DNA of 13,927 bases from Candidatus Cloacimonadota bacterium. Lineage in GTDB: Bacteria > Cloacimonadota > Cloacimonadia > Cloacimonadales > WRIO01. Each line of letters opens with the position of its first letter. Position 1 is the stretch's first letter. Shown one piece after another: positions 6,352-13,701 of this stretch. The position numbers and the translations under genes were made by a program. The notes beneath the pieces were generated by a model. The model saw only the letters and a program-made list of their open reading frames with translations. It was not told where the DNA came from and did not search any database. Where the stretch lies: NCBI GenBank assembly GCA_029564175.1, contig JAKQQL010000490.1:1-13927 (forward strand). Direction: 5' to 3'.

Positions 6352-6389
6352 GATATGAGAATACTTCGCTCTGTTTCGCATATTCCTAT
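6352..6389 (-). repeat. GTAG-type REP-like repeat, degenerate
   Basis: Reverse complement ATAGGAATATGCGAAACAGAGCGAAGTAT resembles 2098-2126. Internal ATATGAGAA...TTCGCATAT palindrome. Confidence 0.6.
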
Positions 6390-6620
6390 TGTCCAGGGAG
6401 GAGGATAGCCTGATTGTCTGCGTCAAATAATATGAATCGTAAAAATTCAACTTTCTCAATTTTGATGATATTACAGAATGCTGAAAATCATCTACAAAGA
6501 ATCGTAAAGAGAAATGCTCTAAATTTTAAAAAAAACTACTTATATGACCTTTATTTGAAAATTTAGGATAAAGTGTCTTGTGGATTGATTTGATTGTTTA
6601 TTTAATGTTTTAATGATATG

Positions 6621-6648
6621 GAAAACGGAGCAGTATAACTGCTCCGTT
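6621..6648 (-). terminator. Probable terminator of the pruA-hydA transcript
   Basis: Perfect 11-bp IR AACGGAGCAGT-ATA-ACTGCTCCGTT (6624-6648), ~45 nt downstream of the hydA stop, with a short U run on -. Confidence 0.7.
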
Positions 6649-6660
6649 AATCTGTTATAA

Positions 6661-6690
6661 CAGATAAGCTGATGCTTATCCGGTTTTTTT
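6661..6690 (+). terminator. Hairpin plus T7, possible plus-strand/bidirectional terminator
   Basis: GATAAGC-TGAT-GCTTATC (6663-6680) followed by CGGTTTTTTT, directly abutting the convergent hydA stop. Confidence 0.5.
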
Positions 6691-6691
6691 A

Positions 6692-8476
6692 TTAATGATG
6701 TTTATGGGTTTTTTCTTTAATAGCCTGACCCGTAATTTTTGAACGTTCAAAATAATGAGTATGTAATAATTTATGAGCTAATTCAGAGTTTGGTTTTCCA
6801 AGGAAATCAGCATAGATTTTTTGAACTTCAGGATTATGGTGAGATTTTCTATACTTCATGTTTTTATCTTCTGTATAAAGCGCTTGAGCACGGACAGCTC
6901 TGTTTTTCATATTGTTTCCAAGCGGTTGTCCACCACCACCAACGCATCCGCCAGGGCAAGCCATGATTTCGATAAAGTGATATTCAGATTTACCGGTTTC
7001 TTTGATTTGTTGTCTGACTTTATCCATCAGCTGCTGAGCATTACCGGTTCCATGAGCCACGGCTACTTTAAGTGCGCCAACTCCAGGTATTTCTACACTG
7101 CCTTCTTTAATGCCTTCAAGACCTCTGACCATTTCGATATCGATATGTTCAAGCTCCTGACCGGTCACCAGTGTATATGCAGAACGAATCGCAGCTTCCA
7201 TCACACCACCGGTTGCACCAAAAATAGTGCCAGCGCCTGTGTAAAAACTCATTCCACTATCAGCTTCTTCTGCCTGTAGATTTTTAAAATCAATACCAGC
7301 TTCTTTAATCATTCTAATAAACTCACGGGTTGTTAAAACATAATCAGTATCCTGATAACCTGAATCTCTTAATTCAGGTCTGTTTGCTTCAAATTTCTTT
7401 GCTGTACAAGGCATCACTGCTACAGATACGATAGTTGCAGGATCAATATTGTTTTTCTGAGCATAGTAAGTTTTTGATAATACACCAAACATAGACATTG
7501 GAGATTTTGCAGTGGATACATATTCTGCTAAATCAGGATAGAAAGTTTCCATATATTTGATCCAGCCTGGTGAGCAGGAGGTGATTAATGGTAAGGGTTG
7601 GTTAGTTTTAATACGTTCAACTAATTCAGAACCTTCTTCCATAATGGTCAGGTCAGCTGTAAAGTTTGTATCCATCACAGAGTTAAAACCAATTGCTCTT
7701 AATGCTGCATACATTTTGCCAGGAGTTACTTCAGACATTTCCATACCAAATTCATCCGCAATAGAAGCTCTGATTGCAGGGGCTTCCTGAACAACGACAT
7801 GCTTTTTGTCATCATAGATGGCATCCCAAACTTCTTCAATATGAGAGCGTTCATACAATGCGCCGGTAGGGCAATAAATAATACACTGACCACAATTGAT
7901 ACATGGACTGTTTCCTAAACCGTTTAAGAAAGCAACATCCACAAAACCATCAAAACCGCGGTTTACAAAAGTAAGTGCTGATACTTTTTGAACTTCATTA
8001 CAGATAGTTACGCAACGACCGCAGGAAATACATTTGTTAGGGTCTCTCATGATCGCAACACTTGTATCATCAATACTGTGTCTTTTCATGATAGGAGGTG
8101 CATCCATTAATTTAACGCCCATATTGTTGCATAAGGTTTGTAATTCACATTTGTTATTTGCATTACAGGAAGGACAATCTACATCATGGTTAGCTAAGAA
8201 TAACTGTAAAAGTGTTTTTCTGTAAGCTCTGAGTTCTTTTGTGTTAGTTACGACCTTCATTCCTTCATGAATCGGTGTACTGCATGCTCTTTTTGGCTGA
8301 GGGCTGTTGTCAACATAAACAACACATAATCCACAGTTAGAAGTCGGTGCTAATTCTTCATGCCAGCATAAAGTTGGAATATAAATCTTATTATCCCTTG
8401 CCACCTGAAGAATAGTACTGTTTGGTTTTCCTTGTAAAGGTTTACCATCAATCACGACATTAATCAAATCATTCAT
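6692..8476 (-). CDS. hydA: Group A [FeFe]-hydrogenase catalytic subunit (CpI/HndD-like, M3 architecture)
   Basis: [2Fe-2S] IPTLC...CGLC...RAC; His-ligated cluster HDVDCPSCNANNKC; 2x[4Fe-4S] CISCGRCVTIC and CINCGQCIIYCP; H-cluster motifs TSCSPGW, MPCTAKKFEA, EIMACPGGCVGGGGQP; C-terminal SHHNPEV...LLHTHY. GGAG RBS. Confidence 0.95.
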   Translation of the reverse strand: MNDLINVVIDGKPLQGKPNSTILQVARDNKIYIPTLCWHEELAPTSNCGLCVVYVDNSPQPKRACSTPIHEGMKVVTNTKELRAYRKTLLQLFLANHDVDCPSCNANNKCELQTLCNNMGVKLMDAPPIMKRHSIDDTSVAIMRDPNKCISCGRCVTICNEVQKVSALTFVNRGFDGFVDVAFLNGLGNSPCINCGQCIIYCPTGALYERSHIEEVWDAIYDDKKHVVVQEAPAIRASIADEFGMEMSEVTPGKMYAALRAIGFNSVMDTNFTADLTIMEEGSELVERIKTNQPLPLITSCSPGWIKYMETFYPDLAEYVSTAKSPMSMFGVLSKTYYAQKNNIDPATIVSVAVMPCTAKKFEANRPELRDSGYQDTDYVLTTREFIRMIKEAGIDFKNLQAEEADSGMSFYTGAGTIFGATGGVMEAAIRSAYTLVTGQELEHIDIEMVRGLEGIKEGSVEIPGVGALKVAVAHGTGNAQQLMDKVRQQIKETGKSEYHFIEIMACPGGCVGGGGQPLGNNMKNRAVRAQALYTEDKNMKYRKSHHNPEVQKIYADFLGKPNSELAHKLLHTHYFERSKITGQAIKEKTHKHH

Positions 8477-8494
8477 TGTTACTCCAATTTATGT

Positions 8495-10117
8495 TTATTT
8501 CATGTAATCATATTGCCAGTAACGATTTGCTGAGAAATTTTCTTTTATGGTTCGTGGGCTGGTCCATCTGATTAAGTTTAAGAAACTGCCGGCTTTATCA
8601 TTGGTTCCGGAAGCTCTTGAACCGCCAAATGGCTGCTGACCAACCACTGCACCGGTAGGTTTGTCATTAATATAGAAATTGCCTGCATTATATTTGAGTC
8701 TTGCAGACAATTGATTGATGACATTTCTGTCCTGTGCAAAAATTGCACCGGTGAGTGCGTAAGGAGAAGTGCTGTCAAGATTATCAAGTGTCTTTTCAAT
8801 TTCTTCATCCGGATACACATAGATTGTCAGCACAGGAGCGAAAATTTCTTCCTGCATGGTTTTAAAGAAAGGATCTTTGGTTACGATTATGGTTGGTTCG
8901 ATAAAATAACCTGTACTAAGGTCGCCTTTTCCACCAAACATAATTTCAGCCTGATCACTTTCCTGAGCATATTGGATATATGACATGGTATTATCATAGC
9001 TGTTTTTATCTATTACGGCATTTATAAAGTTTTGAGGGTCTCTTGGAGATCCTATTTTTATCTGTTTCATATCGTTTAAAACACGAGTTTTAACGTCTTC
9101 CCAAATTGATTCAGGGATATAGGCTCTTGAGCAGGCAGAGCATTTTTGTCCCTGATATTCAAAAGAACCCTGAACGAGTGCTGTTGAGAGGATTTCCACA
9201 TCAGCAGACGGATGAGCGAAGATAAAGTCTTTGCCTCCGGTTTCACCGACAAGGCGTGGATAGTTGATATATGTGTTTAAATTTTTGGCGGTTTCTTTCC
9301 AAATGTCATTAAAAACTTCTGTAGAGCCAGTAAAATGAATACCGGCAAAATGCTTGTTGTTTAAAGCGATAGAAGATAACTGGCTTCCTCTGCATGGTAT
9401 AAAATTGATTACACCATCAGGTAAACCGGCTTCTTTATATAATTTCATGAGGAAATAATTTGAAAGGATAGAAGTCGATGCAGGTTTCCAAACAACGACA
9501 TTACCCATCATCGCCGGAGCAGATGCCAGATTAGCCGCTATTGCAGTAAAATTGAACGGTGTAATTGCTAAAACAAAACCTTCAAGCGGTCTGTATTCCA
9601 CTCTGTTTTGGTAATGAGCATTCGATTCTGGTTGTTCTTTATAGATGTTTTCCACATATTTTGCATTAAATCTGAAGAAGTCAGCGGTTTCGCAGGTGGA
9701 GTCTATTTCTGCCTGATAAATATTTTTGGATTGACCAATCATGGTCGCTGCATTCAGAATATAGCGATAATTGGTTGAAATCAGCTCAGCTGCTTTTAAG
9801 AAAATAGAAACACGGTCAAACCAGTCCAGATTTTCCCATTTCTCTTTTGCTTCCATTGCTGCTTCAATCGCCATATTTATCTCTTTTTCTCCGGCAAGAC
9901 AATAAGTCCCTAACTCATGTTTTGTGTCATGAGGACAGATAATTTTTGAAGTGTTTTCAGTGAACACCTCTTTCCCATTGATAATAAGGGGGATGTTATG
10001 TTTTGTATTCCAGATGGAATCATACTCCTTATATAACCTCTCTAACTCTGGTGAGCCTTTTAAGTATTTTAAAACCGGCTCGTTAATCGGTTCATTGACC
10101 GAATATAATGCGTTCAT
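8495..10117 (-). CDS. pruA: L-glutamate gamma-semialdehyde (1-pyrroline-5-carboxylate) dehydrogenase, monofunctional ALDH4-type
   Basis: ITPFNFTAI, WKPAS, FTGST, GETGGKDF, FEYQGQKCSACSRAY (catalytic Cys), EEIFAPV, GNFYINDKPTGAVVGQQPFGGSRASGTNDKAGS. AAAGGAG RBS. Confidence 0.95.
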   Translation of the reverse strand: MNALYSVNEPINEPVLKYLKGSPELERLYKEYDSIWNTKHNIPLIINGKEVFTENTSKIICPHDTKHELGTYCLAGEKEINMAIEAAMEAKEKWENLDWFDRVSIFLKAAELISTNYRYILNAATMIGQSKNIYQAEIDSTCETADFFRFNAKYVENIYKEQPESNAHYQNRVEYRPLEGFVLAITPFNFTAIAANLASAPAMMGNVVVWKPASTSILSNYFLMKLYKEAGLPDGVINFIPCRGSQLSSIALNNKHFAGIHFTGSTEVFNDIWKETAKNLNTYINYPRLVGETGGKDFIFAHPSADVEILSTALVQGSFEYQGQKCSACSRAYIPESIWEDVKTRVLNDMKQIKIGSPRDPQNFINAVIDKNSYDNTMSYIQYAQESDQAEIMFGGKGDLSTGYFIEPTIIVTKDPFFKTMQEEIFAPVLTIYVYPDEEIEKTLDNLDSTSPYALTGAIFAQDRNVINQLSARLKYNAGNFYINDKPTGAVVGQQPFGGSRASGTNDKAGSFLNLIRWTSPRTIKENFSANRYWQYDYMK

Positions 10118-10212
10118 TGTGTACTCCTTTCCAAGTACGGGAGGTTGACCCTTTTCAGGTGTCAGCCCATTGGTCTTTCAATCATGACTCATTCTGTTTT
10201 AGATTGATAGAC
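10118..10212 (-). promoter_or_regulatory. Structured 5' leader of pruA (candidate cis-regulatory RNA)
   Basis: Three consecutive hairpins on the minus strand, one with a GAAA tetraloop and one overlapping the SD. Possible -35 TTTACA at 10255-10250. Confidence 0.45.
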
Positions 10213-10389
10213 TTCAGAGATAATCCCTTTTTAAAATAATTGCAGTTTTTGTAAAGTAATTTTTTGAATTTTGCCTATAGACCCATAAATTAGCCTATTT
10301 AAAAGGAAATAATGCGCTTTAATTTTGTTTTTGCTTATTTTAAAAAAATGATTATCTTTTAAAAAGGAGTTTATACTTTTAAAATAATA

Positions 10390-10420
10390 TTGACAAAATT
10401 ATATTTTTTAAAGTCATTAA
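10390..10420 (+). promoter_or_regulatory. Putative promoter of hydFE
   Basis: TTGACA 10390-10395 after an AT-rich tract; the -10 element is not clear. Confidence 0.4.
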
Positions 10421-10545
10421 CTCATTAAAAACAGATTGCTAGAAAAGCAGTCTAAAGTAGAGCTTGTCGCTTATAGTACGTGAATTTTTGGCAAGCTGGC
10501 AGTTTGTGGTACAGAAGCTGTAAATCATCAAATAAAGGAGAGTCC

Positions 10546-11757
10546 ATGAGTCATAAAGGAGACAGAGTCAATATTTGTATTGTGGGTAAGACCAATACAG
10601 GAAAGTCATCACTGATCAATGCTTTAACCGGTCAGTCTATTTCGATAGTTTCGCCTCATCCAGGTACAACCACTGATTCGGTAACAAAAGTGTATGAACT
10701 GATTCCGGTTGGTCCAGTTACATTTCACGATACTGCTGGTTATGATGACCAAAGTGAGCTTGGTAAACTAAGAATCAAAGCGACAGAAAAGAGTATGTGG
10801 AAATCTGATATTGTGATACTCCTTTTGGACGAAAGACCTGTCAATGATTTTGATATTCACTTTTTAACCAGGATTCAAGGAAAAAAAGTGCCCTACCTGA
10901 TTGTTCAAAACAAGTCGGACTTGCCTGAGCATCAATTAATCGCTGAAAATCAAGAAATGATCAATGAAGAAATCATACCGGTCAGTTCAGTAAATAATAG
11001 CCAAATCGAATTACTAAAAGAAAAACTGATTCAAAAAATAAGTGGTATATACGAACAGCGACCTACGATTACTGAAGGTTTAATCAAGGCAAATGATGCG
11101 GTTATTTTAAGTATCCCGATTGACAGCTCAGCCCCAAAAGGCAGGATTATTCTACCTCAGGTGCAGGTATTAAGAGAAATACTTGATTTAAATGCAGTGG
11201 CAATTTGCGCACAACCAGCCGAAATCCCTGCAATGCTACAAAAAATGGGTAATCATGCCGATCTGGTCATTACAGACTCGCAGTGTGTCGAACTGATCAA
11301 TCAAATCGTTCCCGATCCCATAAAAATCACAACATTTTCCATTTTGATGGCAAATTATAAGGGAGAATTGGATGTGATGCTCCAGGGTTTAGATGCGCTG
11401 ACTCATTTACAGGATGGAGACAAGGTGTTAATTGCTGAAGCCTGTTCGCATCATGTTCAATGTGATGACATTGGCAGGCATAAAATTCCTAAATTACTGG
11501 AAAAATTTACAGATAAAAAAATACAGTTTTCATTTGTTAATGCCTATGATTTTCCTGAAGATCTCGAAACCTATCAACTGGTTATCCATTGCGGTGCCTG
11601 TATGATTAGTTTCAGAGAGATGAAAAGACGTATCAATGAATGTCAGCGTCTTAATGTGCCAATTACGAATTATGGATTGTTAATCAGTAAAACACAGGGT
11701 GTTTTAGATCGTGCAGTCAAAATATATAGTAAAAACAATGAAGGAAACAATTCATGA
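10546..11757 (+). CDS. hydF: [FeFe]-hydrogenase H-cluster maturation GTPase HydF
   Basis: Start moved from GTG 10480 to ATG 10546 (AAAGGAG just upstream). GKTNTGKS, GTTTD, DTAG, NKSD; APKGRIILPQVQ; EACSHH...DDIGR and HCGACM Fe-S ligands; TNYG. Confidence 0.95.
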   Translation: MSHKGDRVNICIVGKTNTGKSSLINALTGQSISIVSPHPGTTTDSVTKVYELIPVGPVTFHDTAGYDDQSELGKLRIKATEKSMWKSDIVILLLDERPVNDFDIHFLTRIQGKKVPYLIVQNKSDLPEHQLIAENQEMINEEIIPVSSVNNSQIELLKEKLIQKISGIYEQRPTITEGLIKANDAVILSIPIDSSAPKGRIILPQVQVLREILDLNAVAICAQPAEIPAMLQKMGNHADLVITDSQCVELINQIVPDPIKITTFSILMANYKGELDVMLQGLDALTHLQDGDKVLIAEACSHHVQCDDIGRHKIPKLLEKFTDKKIQFSFVNAYDFPEDLETYQLVIHCGACMISFREMKRRINECQRLNVPITNYGLLISKTQGVLDRAVKIYSKNNEGNNS

Positions 11758-12797
11758 ACCCAAATGTAGAAATAGTCAATAAAGCCTATTCAACCGGATT
11801 ACTGGAAAAGAATGAAATTGTCGCTTTACTCAGTGATTCCAATATCAACTCTTATTTGTACGAGAAGGCAGGTCATAAAAAAAACGAGATATTAGGCAAT
11901 GAAGTGCACTTGCGCGCATTGATAGAAATAAGCAATATTTGTAAACAAAACTGCCTTTACTGCGGTGTTAGACGTGATAACAAAGCGGTTCAGCGCTACA
12001 AACTGACTAATGAAGAAATTTTGAACTTAGCCAGAATTGCAAAAAAGAACAATTTCTACACAGTTGTATTACAGGGTGGGGAAAATGAGGTATATACAAC
12101 TGATGAATTTTGTAAAATCCTTTCTGAAATAAAGCAAATGGATTTAGCGATTACGCTCAGTATAGGTGAAAAAACTCATGATGAATATGCTCGTCTTAAA
12201 GAGGCAGGTGCAGATCGTTTTCTTCTCAGAATAGAAACAACTGATGATGTTCTCTATGAAAAAATGGATCCAGGTATGAGTTTTCAAAACAGAATCAGAT
12301 GTCTCAGAAATTTGAAGCATCTTGGTTATGAAACCGGCAGTGGCTCATTAATCGGCTTACCTGGTCAGTCGTTTGAATCTATTGCTGATGATATTCTGTT
12401 TTTTAAAGAGATTGATGCTGACATGATTGGGGTTGGCCCTTTTATTGCTCATCCGGATACACCTCTCAAAGACTGTGCAAATGGTGATCTTTTTTTAGCG
12501 CTTAAAGTCATGGCTATTATCAGACTTTTGATGCCTGATATTAATATTCCTGCTACAACAGCTATGGAAGCGCTTAACTCTGATGGCAGAATTATCGCAC
12601 TGAAAAGCGGTGCGAATGTCCTGATGCTCAATTTTACAGATGAATTTCACCGTAATATGTATGACCTGTATCCAGGTAAACAGGAAGTGGCACTTTCTAC
12701 CCGCTTAAATCTTAAAGAATTGAATGACCAGCTCAATCTTCATGGCATGAAAGTCTCTGAGCATAAAGGTTTTAGAAAGTTTGCAAAACCTCAGTGA
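11754..12797 (+). CDS. hydE: [FeFe]-hydrogenase H-cluster radical SAM maturase HydE
   Basis: LRALIEISNICKQNCLYCG (CX3CX2C), VVLQGGE, GADRFLLRIET, MIGVGPFIAHPDTPL, IPATTA, GANV, YDLYPGK. ATGA overlap with hydF. Confidence 0.92.
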   Translation: MNPNVEIVNKAYSTGLLEKNEIVALLSDSNINSYLYEKAGHKKNEILGNEVHLRALIEISNICKQNCLYCGVRRDNKAVQRYKLTNEEILNLARIAKKNNFYTVVLQGGENEVYTTDEFCKILSEIKQMDLAITLSIGEKTHDEYARLKEAGADRFLLRIETTDDVLYEKMDPGMSFQNRIRCLRNLKHLGYETGSGSLIGLPGQSFESIADDILFFKEIDADMIGVGPFIAHPDTPLKDCANGDLFLALKVMAIIRLLMPDINIPATTAMEALNSDGRIIALKSGANVLMLNFTDEFHRNMYDLYPGKQEVALSTRLNLKELNDQLNLHGMKVSEHKGFRKFAKPQ

Positions 12798-12877
12798 TAA
12801 AAAAGTCAATTGTACTGATTTGTTGTTTTCTGAGATCCTTTTTAATGGCTAATTGCCAATAATTGTGCATGAAATAT

Positions 12878-12910
12878 AAATGGGAAAGAGTTACTTTTTC
12901 CCATTTTTTT
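12878..12910 (+). terminator. Rho-independent terminator of hydFE
   Basis: AAATGGGAAAGAG-TTA-CTTTTTCCCATTT stem (one G-U) running into a T7 tract. Confidence 0.8.
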
Positions 12911-12920
12911 AAAAAAAACA

Positions 12921-12951
12921 TTGACATTTTATTTTTAATATCAAAAAATTG
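12921..12951 (+). promoter_or_regulatory. Putative promoter of the 12994 gene
   Basis: A-tract, TTGACA 12921-12926, AAAAATTG 12944-12951; GGAGG RBS before ATG 12994. Confidence 0.55.
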
Positions 12952-12993
12952 TCTCATACTGAGTAATCAGTAATACATTAAAATGGAGGATTT

Positions 12994-13701
12994 ATGTATT
13001 TGAAAAAGACTGGAAGAAAATCGCTGTTATTAGTAACTTTTATCATGTTCGCAACTTTATTGGCTGCTCAACTTAAACGAGTAGAAACAACCTATCTTCA
13101 GTTACCAAGTGAAGGCATTAAGTACGAAAAGGTAGAGGTTTATGTTACACTCGATCAGTCTGCTTCAAGAGATTTACTGGGGAAATTTGGTGCTTTAGGG
13201 AAAAAAGCAGCAGAAGGTGTCAAAGATATTACTGAAGTTTATGATACATGGCCATTAGTACCAAAATTTGTTAAAAATCCAAATAAAGGTAAAGGTGTTT
13301 TAAGACTTGATCTGACATATAGCTGTGATGATCTGACTAAACCGATGACTGCACCTCCAGTAAATCAACAAAGAGGTGGTCACGTGGTGCCTTATAAAGT
13401 ATATGCTAAAGTTAAAGTGACTGATCCAAGCGGTAAAGTGATTTATGATCGTAATTATGGTGTATTGACAGGTGAGTTCGTCAGTCAGACATATGAAGAA
13501 GCTAATCAGGCAAAAGATGGTCTTGGTACTTATGAAAAAGCCTGTATTCGTGGTGCGATGGCAAAAGCGCGTGCTGAATTTTTTGGAAGATATGGTTTTA
13601 GTACAATTGATGCACGTCTTGACTTAGGTCCTGTCAAAGATATTAAAGAGAGTAAAAAAGCAAGTGAAGGTGTCATCAACTCATGTTTCCGAGTTGTATA
13701 A
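12994..13701 (+). CDS. Secreted hypothetical protein, possibly 3'-truncated by an insertion at ~13680
   Basis: GGAGG RBS; MYLKKTGRKSLLLVTFIMFATLLAA signal peptide; no recognised domain. Ends ...EGVIN-SCFRVV with no terminator, at a candidate IS end. Confidence 0.75.
   Translation: MYLKKTGRKSLLLVTFIMFATLLAAQLKRVETTYLQLPSEGIKYEKVEVYVTLDQSASRDLLGKFGALGKKAAEGVKDITEVYDTWPLVPKFVKNPNKGKGVLRLDLTYSCDDLTKPMTAPPVNQQRGGHVVPYKVYAKVKVTDPSGKVIYDRNYGVLTGEFVSQTYEEANQAKDGLGTYEKACIRGAMAKARAEFFGRYGFSTIDARLDLGPVKDIKESKKASEGVINSCFRVV

Noticed and set aside
10150..10220. Hammerhead ribozyme or a known riboswitch (c-di-GMP, glycine, yybP-ykoY, fluoride, T-box) in the pruA leader
   Set aside because: CUGAAG precedes a stem, but the CUGAnGA/GAAA core arrangement is not met and the signature motifs of the other classes are absent. 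Kept only as an unclassified candidate.
10480..10545. GTG-start N-terminal extension of HydF
   Set aside because: No RBS before 10480; AAAGGAG precedes ATG 10546, where the GTPase domain begins.
11754..12797. Biotin synthase BioB or PylB
   Set aside because: Translational coupling to hydF and the GPFIAHPDTPL / YDLYPGK motifs fit HydE.
12772..12957. 61-aa minus-strand ORF
   Set aside because: Spans a terminator and promoter, low complexity, no supporting signal.
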